Shown here: positions 1 to 7,533 of the stretch, one piece after another | Position numbering within the stretch: position 1 is the first letter of the stretch | Layout of the letters: every line of letters begins with the position of its first letter | Assembly: GCA_034408725.1 (NCBI GenBank) | Contig: JAWXCN010000059.1 | Span: 1 to 21,882, forward strand | Reading direction: 5' to 3' | DNA: 21,882 bases | From: Candidatus Hydrogenedentota bacterium | GTDB taxonomy: Bacteria > Hydrogenedentota > Hydrogenedentia > Hydrogenedentales > SLHB01 | Notes under the pieces: model-generated | Told to the model about the DNA's origin: nothing | The model's input: only the letters and a program-made list of their open reading frames with translations | Database searches by the model: none | Program-made: the position numbers and the translations under genes

Positions 1-2
1 GA

Positions 3-1409
3 ATCATCGTCACTGATGAATCTCCGTCTCGTCTACTCCTCGCCCGGCGCAGCAATTCGTTACGTTTCATGGGCGGATTCCATGTATTTCCCGGTGGGCG
101 CATTGATGAATCAGAGCCTATCGAGCGTGTACGGAACGCTCCGGATGAGGAGGAAGCCGCCGCCATCCACGCGGTCGCCCGCGAAATTTTCGAGGAAACC
201 TGTCTGCTGATTGTCTCCGGTGATTGCCCGGACGCGGACACGACCCGCGCCGCGCGGCGCGCAATTCTGGATGGGCACGTTACATTTGACGCATTTCTCG
301 AACAGCATGGACTGTTCGTTGACGCTTCACGATTTGAACCCGCCGGCGTTTGGGTAACCCCGATCATCGCGCCGATCCGGTTCGATACCCGGTACTTTCT
401 TTGCCGCGTGCTGAATGCAGAAGGCGCTGAAGCCTGCGGCGGCGAGATTGACGCCGTGAATTGGTACACGCCGGCGGATGCGCGAAAGGCGTGGCGCGCG
501 GGGCGAATACAGGTTCCGCCGCCGGTTGCATACGTGTTGCAGAACCTTGAGGCGTATGCGTTCCCAGAGGTCTGGGACCACCTGAGAAGCAGCGGCGATC
601 ACACCGGCCATCGGCCCGCAAAAATGGAATTTGCGAATGGCATGTATGTATTGCCGCTACGCTCCCCTACTCTGCCTCCCGCGACGCACACCAATTGCGT
701 AATCGTGGGTGACCGCGAACTTTACCTGATTGATCCCGCCACGCACGATGAGGAAGAACTTGGACTTCTGACGCGGCAGGTTGACATGCTGATCAAACTC
801 GGTGGATCGGTAAAGGCAGTCCTGCTGACCCATAGCCATATTGATCACGTGTGCGCTGCGGAATTTTGCCGGGCAACTTTTGACGCGCCCATCTGGACGC
901 ACGAAGCGTCCGCGCGACAATTGCCGTTCTCCGCCGACCGCCACCTCGTGGACAACGAAATTATCCATGTACCCGGGGAGCCGGATTGGCGCTTGCGATG
1001 CATCCATACGCCGGGACACGATCCCGGGCATTTGTGTTTTTTGGAAGAAACCACGCGCACCTTGATCGCGGGGGACATGATCGCCAATCCGGGGACGATT
1101 ATTGTCTCGCTTGACCTTGGCGGCGACATGGCGCATTTCCTCAACAGCCTCGAACGCCTGGCTGGAGAAGATTTCGATTCAATTCTGCCCGCGCACGGAA
1201 TGCCTCTGATGAAGGGTCCGGAAAAAATCCGAAAGCACCTCGAACACCGCTTGTGGCGGGAAGGGAAACTGAAACTGGCGCTCGCAAATGGCACATCGGA
1301 TATCGCCGAGCTTCTAGCGAAGGTATATGATGATGTGCCGCCCGCGACGTGGCCGCTGGCGGAGATGTCATTGCGCGCGCATTTGGCGAAGTTGGGGGTT
1401 CATACGTAA
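3..1409 (+). CDS. NUDIX hydrolase / metallo-beta-lactamase-fold (LACTB2-like) fusion protein, 5'-partial
   Basis: The frame is open from the window edge (IIVTDESPSRLLLARRSNSLRFMGGFHVFPGGRID), so the ATG at 69 is internal. Interrupted Nudix box GGRID...AVAREIFEET; MBL metal ligands THSHIDH, HTPGHDPGH, AGDM, LPAHG; C-terminal VYDDVP..W.LAE.SL.AHL tail typical of LACTB2-like proteins. Confidence 0.9.
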   Translation: MIVTDESPSRLLLARRSNSLRFMGGFHVFPGGRIDESEPIERVRNAPDEEEAAAIHAVAREIFEETCLLIVSGDCPDADTTRAARRAILDGHVTFDAFLEQHGLFVDASRFEPAGVWVTPIIAPIRFDTRYFLCRVLNAEGAEACGGEIDAVNWYTPADARKAWRAGRIQVPPPVAYVLQNLEAYAFPEVWDHLRSSGDHTGHRPAKMEFANGMYVLPLRSPTLPPATHTNCVIVGDRELYLIDPATHDEEELGLLTRQVDMLIKLGGSVKAVLLTHSHIDHVCAAEFCRATFDAPIWTHEASARQLPFSADRHLVDNEIIHVPGEPDWRLRCIHTPGHDPGHLCFLEETTRTLIAGDMIANPGTIIVSLDLGGDMAHFLNSLERLAGEDFDSILPAHGMPLMKGPEKIRKHLEHRLWREGKLKLALANGTSDIAELLAKVYDDVPPATWPLAEMSLRAHLAKLGVHT

Positions 1410-1495
1410 TCAAAAGCCCCTATACAACGAACTTCGTGAAAAGGCTGGTGTCAGAAGCTACAAGTTCGCCAAAGAGGACTTTGAAGGATATTACC

Positions 1496-4183
1496 GTGAG
1501 AAAATACTGCCTGTTCGCCCTTTGTTTTGTGTTGGCAGATAATGGTTTCGCTTCTTATATGGCGTCGGCATCCATCAACCCCACTACTTTTACTTCTCCA
1601 ACCGGCGCTTACTCGCTCTATGTCGATCCCACAGATCGTTCAGGCAGTGGTTCGGCAAATTACCGATATACCCAGAATGGAGAAGAACTCTGGTCAAAAC
1701 TTCTTCCTTTCACTTTGCTGGAGGCGCACCCGCTCGAGGACGGGACGATTGTCGGCTATGCGCATTTTCACAATGTCGAGAAGGCAAAACGCGACCGCGA
1801 AAACAGCGGTAACGAGATTCTGATTGTGCTCTTAGGACGCGATGGAGAGATTGTCAGCAGCGAATCCATTCCATGCCCGCGCCTTACCCTCAACGGGACG
1901 CCCTATCCAAGCGTACGAGGCATTATTGTCAATGCATCCAATAACCGTTTCATTGCGCGTATGGACGATATTAAAAGTTATAACACAGAACAGTGGCTCA
2001 TTTTCGATCTCAAGACTGGGCAACGAATCAGTGAAATCACGCTTGGTACGTCTGAAATGACGCAGAATACCTTCCAGTTTGTCATCGCTGCGAAGGCAGT
2101 GCCGGGCTTACCGCTCATTCTGACGCATTGGATTCGGGGGGGAGTTTCCGAAGCGGCAGTATTCAGACTCGTTGATGAAGTTGGGCATACGGTTTGGAGT
2201 TTGGAAGCGAAAGTTGATGACGATCACGATGACTCCATAAATGCAATGCGTGGGGAAGGCGTAATTCTCACCTCGAAGGAACAAGGATCGTTTTCGATTA
2301 ACCTCGTGAAGGAACAGGCGCAGGCTTCTTATGCGGTCAATAAAGCCGATGACGGATCATGGACTGTGCGTGAAGAATCGCGGCAAAAATTTATCCCGCC
2401 ACCGTCTCGCGAAAAAACTGCTCCACTCCTCGCGTTTCCACAACTTGACTGGCCGAAATTTCAGGAAGTAACGCTGGCCGCCTCTGCTCGGAAATCAAAA
2501 GGGTCTGCTTTGCTACGCAGTATAAACGACTTCGAGTTCGACGCGACCGGACGCATCTGCGCCCTTAGATCCTGTTGCAATACGATACCTGCGCTGCTTC
2601 TTGTTGAGCAGGACGGCGAGGTATTGGCCGAGATTAATATCACAGAGGATGCCCCGTCTGAGGATCAGTATATCGTCGGGCCTGCATATCTCGGCGGAAT
2701 GGAATTCATCGTGGCCATCTCCGATACAAATGAGGGCGGACGTTCCAAATTTATTTGCGTCGATTTTGAGTCAGGGAACGTTAGCACGCTGGACTATGCA
2801 CAATGCCCGCAAGTGACGGCGCTCTGCGGTTTCGATGACGGCAGTTTTGCAGCGCTCACAGACAATATTGAAAACAACACGTCAGCTACCGGACTGTTCT
2901 TTTTCGATTCCGCCGGAAATCTAACTTCAAAGCGGATCGAAACCGGATCGTCGGGCGCGCCAGAGGAACTATTCAGCCCCGAAGACATCGCTACTTTCGA
3001 CGGCAATACCATTGCGCTGCTTGAAAACATCGGCGGGAAAGTCAAGCTGTTCGATACAAATGACCGATTGGTTCGGATGATCGATTTGGAGGAAACATGG
3101 GGACGAGAACCTAGCTACCCCACTGATATCGATGTGGACCCGGCGCAAGGTTTCGTCATTTACGATTTTGATGCGGAAAATACGCTTGTCCGCATGGACA
3201 CCAATGGCTTCATCACGGGCCAGTCCGCACTCCGGTTTGAAGATGACCGACCCTTCGCGGCGATTGGCGGCGTGAAAGTATCGCCACAGGGTGAACTTTG
3301 GACGAGTGATGGCACGTCGCTGCTTCGATTGAACGAAGATGGTATCGTCGACAGGATTGTTGGTCAGAAACCGATGGTCGGCTCGCTGGACGCGCCGGAA
3401 ACAGCTTATGTGGCGCATGATGGGCGTGTAATTATTAGCGACCGGCGGACGCTCGCCGTTCACGTATTTGATGCCGCGGGAAATCCGCTCGGCGTTTGTT
3501 TACCCCTACCCGAAGATCTGGACGATCTTAGCTCCGTAGAAAACATTGCCGTCTCAGGTAACGGCAACATTTATTGTTCTTTCTCACTCGACCTGGAATC
3601 CAGCGGGAACGACGGAATCAAAGGGCCGGTCTACACTCAATTCGCAGCGGATTTTTCCAGAAAGCGTCAATTGCAGGTAAACGTCGATAACGTTGCGCAG
3701 GAATGGCATTTCCAGCCGAACAGCGACCGCTGTTGGATTGCCGGGTATGACGACGTATTTCTGGTGACGGGAGACCAGAAAGACTACCTCAAAATAAGCC
3801 GCCGCTCGGACGGCGGTTGGCTGGAAGGCCTCGGCGCAATGGCCGTGGCCCCGGATGGATCTCTAGCAGTTTTATCCGGTAACGATTATAACGGCTTCTT
3901 TTTGAGTACCTATTCGGCTGCTGGTGAAGCGCAAACGACTTGTAGCATTCCTTCAGATTGGCGATATGCAAACATCGCGTTCGATGGGTCACGCATATTC
4001 GTATTCGATTTCCACAGTAGAGACATTCGGATAATTTCCCGCGACGGGACGCCAATTGGACAATTTCAACTTCCGATAAACGATCCAGATTTTGCAAGCG
4101 GACCCTTCATCGCGCGAGGAGAAGAGCTGTCCTTTGTGTCCTTGGAAGACTTGACGTTGTACAAATGCCGGCTTCCGAAATGA
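1496..4183 (+). CDS. Secreted beta-propeller (NHL/six-bladed-like repeat) protein, function unknown
   Basis: Likely start is the GTG at 1496, after GAAGGA at 1483-1488, giving a signal-like N-terminus MRKYCLFALCFVLADNGFAS. Repeated blade-like motifs: PEDIATFDG, PTDIDVDPAQG, GVKVSPQGELWTSD, PETAYVAHDGRVIISD, MAVAPDGSLAV. Confidence 0.75.
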   Translation: MRKYCLFALCFVLADNGFASYMASASINPTTFTSPTGAYSLYVDPTDRSGSGSANYRYTQNGEELWSKLLPFTLLEAHPLEDGTIVGYAHFHNVEKAKRDRENSGNEILIVLLGRDGEIVSSESIPCPRLTLNGTPYPSVRGIIVNASNNRFIARMDDIKSYNTEQWLIFDLKTGQRISEITLGTSEMTQNTFQFVIAAKAVPGLPLILTHWIRGGVSEAAVFRLVDEVGHTVWSLEAKVDDDHDDSINAMRGEGVILTSKEQGSFSINLVKEQAQASYAVNKADDGSWTVREESRQKFIPPPSREKTAPLLAFPQLDWPKFQEVTLAASARKSKGSALLRSINDFEFDATGRICALRSCCNTIPALLLVEQDGEVLAEINITEDAPSEDQYIVGPAYLGGMEFIVAISDTNEGGRSKFICVDFESGNVSTLDYAQCPQVTALCGFDDGSFAALTDNIENNTSATGLFFFDSAGNLTSKRIETGSSGAPEELFSPEDIATFDGNTIALLENIGGKVKLFDTNDRLVRMIDLEETWGREPSYPTDIDVDPAQGFVIYDFDAENTLVRMDTNGFITGQSALRFEDDRPFAAIGGVKVSPQGELWTSDGTSLLRLNEDGIVDRIVGQKPMVGSLDAPETAYVAHDGRVIISDRRTLAVHVFDAAGNPLGVCLPLPEDLDDLSSVENIAVSGNGNIYCSFSLDLESSGNDGIKGPVYTQFAADFSRKRQLQVNVDNVAQEWHFQPNSDRCWIAGYDDVFLVTGDQKDYLKISRRSDGGWLEGLGAMAVAPDGSLAVLSGNDYNGFFLSTYSAAGEAQTTCSIPSDWRYANIAFDGSRIFVFDFHSRDIRIISRDGTPIGQFQLPINDPDFASGPFIARGEELSFVSLEDLTLYKCRLPK

Positions 4184-4186
4184 TTC

Positions 4187-6334
4187 TTAATTGTTCAACC
4201 GATATATCGCGGTAGTGTTCGCGGGCAGCGGGTCTCGCCAGTTGTCGGTTTCGACCGCTACAGGGACCTGGGTGTACGGGACAACGCGCTCGACGGAGCG
4301 CACCTTGTTCGGTAATCGGAAGGTATGTGTAGCCTCTTCTTTGGTATGCACGACAAAGTACGGGCCGAACAATCCGACCATGCCCGGAGTATCGCGATAG
4401 ATGTGTACGGCGGAGTTCGTGGCAATCCACCGCAGCACGCCAACAGGTAGACGCGGGAAAGCGGTATACACACTGATTCCGCCTTCATGCGGTGTGGCGG
4501 CGGCGGCGACTAATCCAGTATCCGCGTACTTGGCGATCGCGTGAACATTTTCGGTCGACGTTACGTTAAATCGCATTTGCCAAGTATCAGCGAGCTGCCA
4601 TGTCTCCGGTGTTACGCTGCTCTTTAACGATACTGGCCCGCTCCCCTCTTCGATTTCGATTGCCAAGCCGGTTATCGATTGCATCCGCGCGATATCCAAT
4701 CCGGTGTCGTCAAAGACGTCGGGCGCAAAGGTCCAAACAACCGTTCCGCCTTTTCCGAGAAACCGATCCAGTGCGCGGTGCTCCAATTCGTCGATCGTAT
4801 ACGCATTCGCGAGAATGATGACGTGAATACTTTCGGGTAATCGCGGTAAATCGGATTGAAGGTAATACCCCACGGGCGTGCCGATCTGGTCGAGTTCCGT
4901 GCGCCACAGCGACAACGTTTCCATTAGATAGGGATGCGTCGTCGCGCGTAGCGCGTGGACACTCTCTTCATCCATCACGAACGCAATCTGCGGCTGAAAC
5001 GGTTCCGGCCCGCGCGCTTCCGCAAACAACCTTCGCGTCAACCCCGCACTTGTCCAGAACTCCTTATCGTTCCAGCGTCCATCCGACAACACGTCGAAAT
5101 ACCACATGCCCGCGCGATGCGTGAGCGCGTTCGCGATGTTGCGCCGGTTGACGGCCAGCATTTCTTCGAGCGAGTTCGCAATCGGATCGTTACCCGTCGC
5201 GAGGTGTTCCTCCGGGACACGCGCGGCCAGATGGGTGCGCGAGTCTTCTTCGATGATCACGAGTTTGCCATGCAACGGCGCCGAATCGAGCGGCAGATGG
5301 TTGTGGCCGGGATTTCCCAATTCGCGATTGAGATACGAATACGGCGCATGAATGAGATCGATTTCCGGCACGTCGAGCAATTTCTCGAACGCGAGATGAC
5401 CTGAATGCGCGAGCGCGCGCGGCCCGACGCCGTTGAGCTCCATCGTATAACCGTAAAATGCGCCTACCAACGCGCGATCGTGCGTCGCGCGCTTGGCGAC
5501 TACGGCAAACTCCTCGATCACGGACGCAACGAGCTCGTTGTGGTAATGCTGGTATTCAATGACGGAACGGTGCGCAACCGGATCGCGAAACGACCCCCAC
5601 GCCGCCGCGTCGCGCGATTCCTGCGAAGGGATCGCCGCCGCCTTTAGCGACACGTCCTCATCATTCCATGCCCGGCGCAGGGCCTTGTCGTTCAAGTAGC
5701 GTTTTTTCAGCCACGCGCGAAAGTTTTCCGTGTTCGCGTCAGAGTAATCGAGGAACTCATTCGTCTCGGGGAAAAACCATTCTCCCGCCATCTGCGCGGA
5801 AACCATGACGCCGATGAACCTGTCGCCGTGCGGCCCATCCGCGATCTCCTGCAAACACTCGCGCAACAAGCGCGACGCATCATCTCGCCACACCGTGCTC
5901 GCCATTGATACCCACGGCAGCGGTGTGCCATCGGCCTTCCGCATGGCCGCTTCGGGATGGGCCTCCAACCAGGAAGCCGATCCGCCAAGCCACACGCGCA
6001 CGTAGAAATATCCGAAAGGATGGGCATTGCAAAACTTGTCGACGGTTTCGGACGCATTCGAGGTCCCGTCCCACGCAAGCGTTACGTTGAATGCGAACAA
6101 GGAAATGCCGGCGTCTTTCGCAAGCGCGAGTTCTTGCAGCAACACCTCGTCGCGATTGAATTGGTTGTTCGCGCAGAAGAATAGCGGAGAATGGGGTTGA
6201 CCATTGATCAGGATGGCGGGGGCGCCCTTGACGCCCGATACGACGCGGCACATGGGCGAAGCCGCGGCTTCCACCGCAATTAGCATGAAGAGCGTAATGA
6301 AAAAAATACCGGCAGATGAAGAGGTGTGTCTCAT
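4187..6334 (-). CDS. Secreted GH42-like (beta-galactosidase family) glycoside hydrolase
   Basis: Start at 6334 gives the signal peptide MRHTSSSAGIFFITLFMLIAVEAAA. GH42-like motif DYSDAN..NFRAWLKKRY...ALRRAW; candidate catalytic glutamates in GEWF and IIEEDSRTH; C-terminal trimerisation-like domain (LDRFLGKGGTVVWTFAPD). Substrate cannot be determined from sequence. Confidence 0.75.
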   Translation of the reverse strand: MRHTSSSAGIFFITLFMLIAVEAAASPMCRVVSGVKGAPAILINGQPHSPLFFCANNQFNRDEVLLQELALAKDAGISLFAFNVTLAWDGTSNASETVDKFCNAHPFGYFYVRVWLGGSASWLEAHPEAAMRKADGTPLPWVSMASTVWRDDASRLLRECLQEIADGPHGDRFIGVMVSAQMAGEWFFPETNEFLDYSDANTENFRAWLKKRYLNDKALRRAWNDEDVSLKAAAIPSQESRDAAAWGSFRDPVAHRSVIEYQHYHNELVASVIEEFAVVAKRATHDRALVGAFYGYTMELNGVGPRALAHSGHLAFEKLLDVPEIDLIHAPYSYLNRELGNPGHNHLPLDSAPLHGKLVIIEEDSRTHLAARVPEEHLATGNDPIANSLEEMLAVNRRNIANALTHRAGMWYFDVLSDGRWNDKEFWTSAGLTRRLFAEARGPEPFQPQIAFVMDEESVHALRATTHPYLMETLSLWRTELDQIGTPVGYYLQSDLPRLPESIHVIILANAYTIDELEHRALDRFLGKGGTVVWTFAPDVFDDTGLDIARMQSITGLAIEIEEGSGPVSLKSSVTPETWQLADTWQMRFNVTSTENVHAIAKYADTGLVAAAATPHEGGISVYTAFPRLPVGVLRWIATNSAVHIYRDTPGMVGLFGPYFVVHTKEEATHTFRLPNKVRSVERVVPYTQVPVAVETDNWRDPLPANTTAIYRLNN

Positions 6335-6340
6335 CCAGCA

Positions 6341-6369
6341 ACGGTACCCGGCGGGGGCAATGCGGTCAA
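6341..6369 (-). promoter_or_regulatory. Sigma70-type promoter for the GH42-like gene (predicted leaderless)
   Basis: The minus strand reads TTGACC-N17-TACCGT-N6-ATG, with no Shine-Dalgarno before the ATG. Confidence 0.55.
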
Positions 6370-6377
6370 GCCAACGC

Positions 6378-7355
6378 TTACGCGCCGCGGACAAGCACAA
6401 ATTCGGCGAGACCGTATAACGAATCGCGGTAAGGCGATGCGGCGAGTCCGGAAATCGCGGACCGCGCATCATCAAGATATTCCCGCGCGATCGCTTCCGT
6501 GCGTTCGCGCGCGCCGGAAGTTTCGATTGCTTCCATCACCCACGCGCGATCCAACTCCGAAACGGGCCGCCCGGCCAAAGCATCCAGCCGCGCGCAATCC
6601 TTTGCATCCAGCGAATGCCGTAAAAACAGGATCGGCAAGGTTTTCTTGCCTTCAACAAGATCGCCGAACGCCGGTTTGCCAAGCGCCTCTTCGTCGCGCG
6701 TAAGGTCGAGCAGATCGTCCACAAGTTGAAACGCGACGCCGATATTGAGGCCGTAGTTGTGAAGCTCGCTGCTCGGCGCGCCATCAACCAGGCACGATGG
6801 CGTGCTGCACGTCACGGCAAACAGGCTCGCCGTCTTCTGCCGCGCGAGACTGATGCACGCTTCCTGCGAGAAATGATCCGCGCCCAACCCAAAATTCGAC
6901 AACTCGCCCTCGGACATCTCGCGAACTGAATTGATGGCGTTGGTGATTACAAGACAGGAACCGTAGGACCCCATGATATCTATCGCCCGCGCGACGAGGT
7001 AGTCGCCTCCGAGCACCGCGGTATGGTTGTCCCACAGCGCGTTTAGCGAACGCGATCCATGACGAAGGTTCGCCGCGTCGATGACGTCGTCGTGCGCCAG
7101 CGCGGCCAGATGCAGCAGTTCCATCGCGGTCGCCAGTTGGACAAAACGCGATGTGTCCTTCGCCCCAATCGCTCCGGCGGAAAGCAGGCACATCGCCGGA
7201 CGGAGCATCTTTCCCGCCGCGGGCATCGCCGGCGCGCGATTGCCATACACCAGGCGCATCGCGTCCGCCCAAAGCCCGGAAATTTCCGCGCGAACGGCCT
7301 CCATATCGCCCCGGATGGGCCGATACAACTCGTTCAGGTTTAGGGTCGTTTGCAT
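6378..7355 (-). CDS. Polyprenyl diphosphate synthase (IspB/HepT-like trans-prenyltransferase)
   Basis: GKMLRP motif, first aspartate-rich motif LAHDDVIDAANLRHG, AVLGGDYL, KTASLF, second motif FQLVDDLLD, GKPAFGDLVEGKKTLP. Start chosen at MQTTLNL (7355); small residues before the first motif fit a long-chain enzyme. Confidence 0.93.
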   Translation of the reverse strand: MQTTLNLNELYRPIRGDMEAVRAEISGLWADAMRLVYGNRAPAMPAAGKMLRPAMCLLSAGAIGAKDTSRFVQLATAMELLHLAALAHDDVIDAANLRHGSRSLNALWDNHTAVLGGDYLVARAIDIMGSYGSCLVITNAINSVREMSEGELSNFGLGADHFSQEACISLARQKTASLFAVTCSTPSCLVDGAPSSELHNYGLNIGVAFQLVDDLLDLTRDEEALGKPAFGDLVEGKKTLPILFLRHSLDAKDCARLDALAGRPVSELDRAWVMEAIETSGARERTEAIAREYLDDARSAISGLAASPYRDSLYGLAEFVLVRGA

Positions 7356-7364
7356 AACATGGAA

Positions 7365-7375
7365 ATCGTACCACA
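7365..7375 (-). promoter_or_regulatory. Extended -10 promoter for the polyprenyl synthase gene
   Basis: Minus strand TGTGgTACGAT ends 9 nt before the ATG at 7355. Confidence 0.4.
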
Positions 7376-7488
7376 CACGCGCGCCGTGGCGGTAACCGCA
7401 ATGGCTCCAACGACTTTGCGGATTAAAGCACACAGGGATGCAAACTGGCTGCACTCCGCGGTTACGGCAACAAGCCCTGACATTATCC

Positions 7489-7516
7489 AAACCTTTCCAC
7501 AACCCCGTGTGTCTTA
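7489..7516 (+). promoter_or_regulatory. Putative ECF-type promoter upstream of the ECF sigma gene
   Basis: AAACC-N17-GTCTTA resembles the generic ECF AAC.../...GTC promoter layout and lies about 20 nt before the ATG at 7534. Confidence 0.4.
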
Positions 7517-7533
7517 TATCCAAAGTGCAGAGG

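Noticed and set aside
1349-1495. N-terminal extension of the 944-aa ORF
   Set aside because: Overlaps the upstream gene; the Shine-Dalgarno and signal peptide point to GTG 1496.
6335-6475. N-terminal extension of the 762-aa GH42-like ORF
   Set aside because: Overlaps the prenyltransferase 3' end; the signal peptide and promoter fit ATG 6334.
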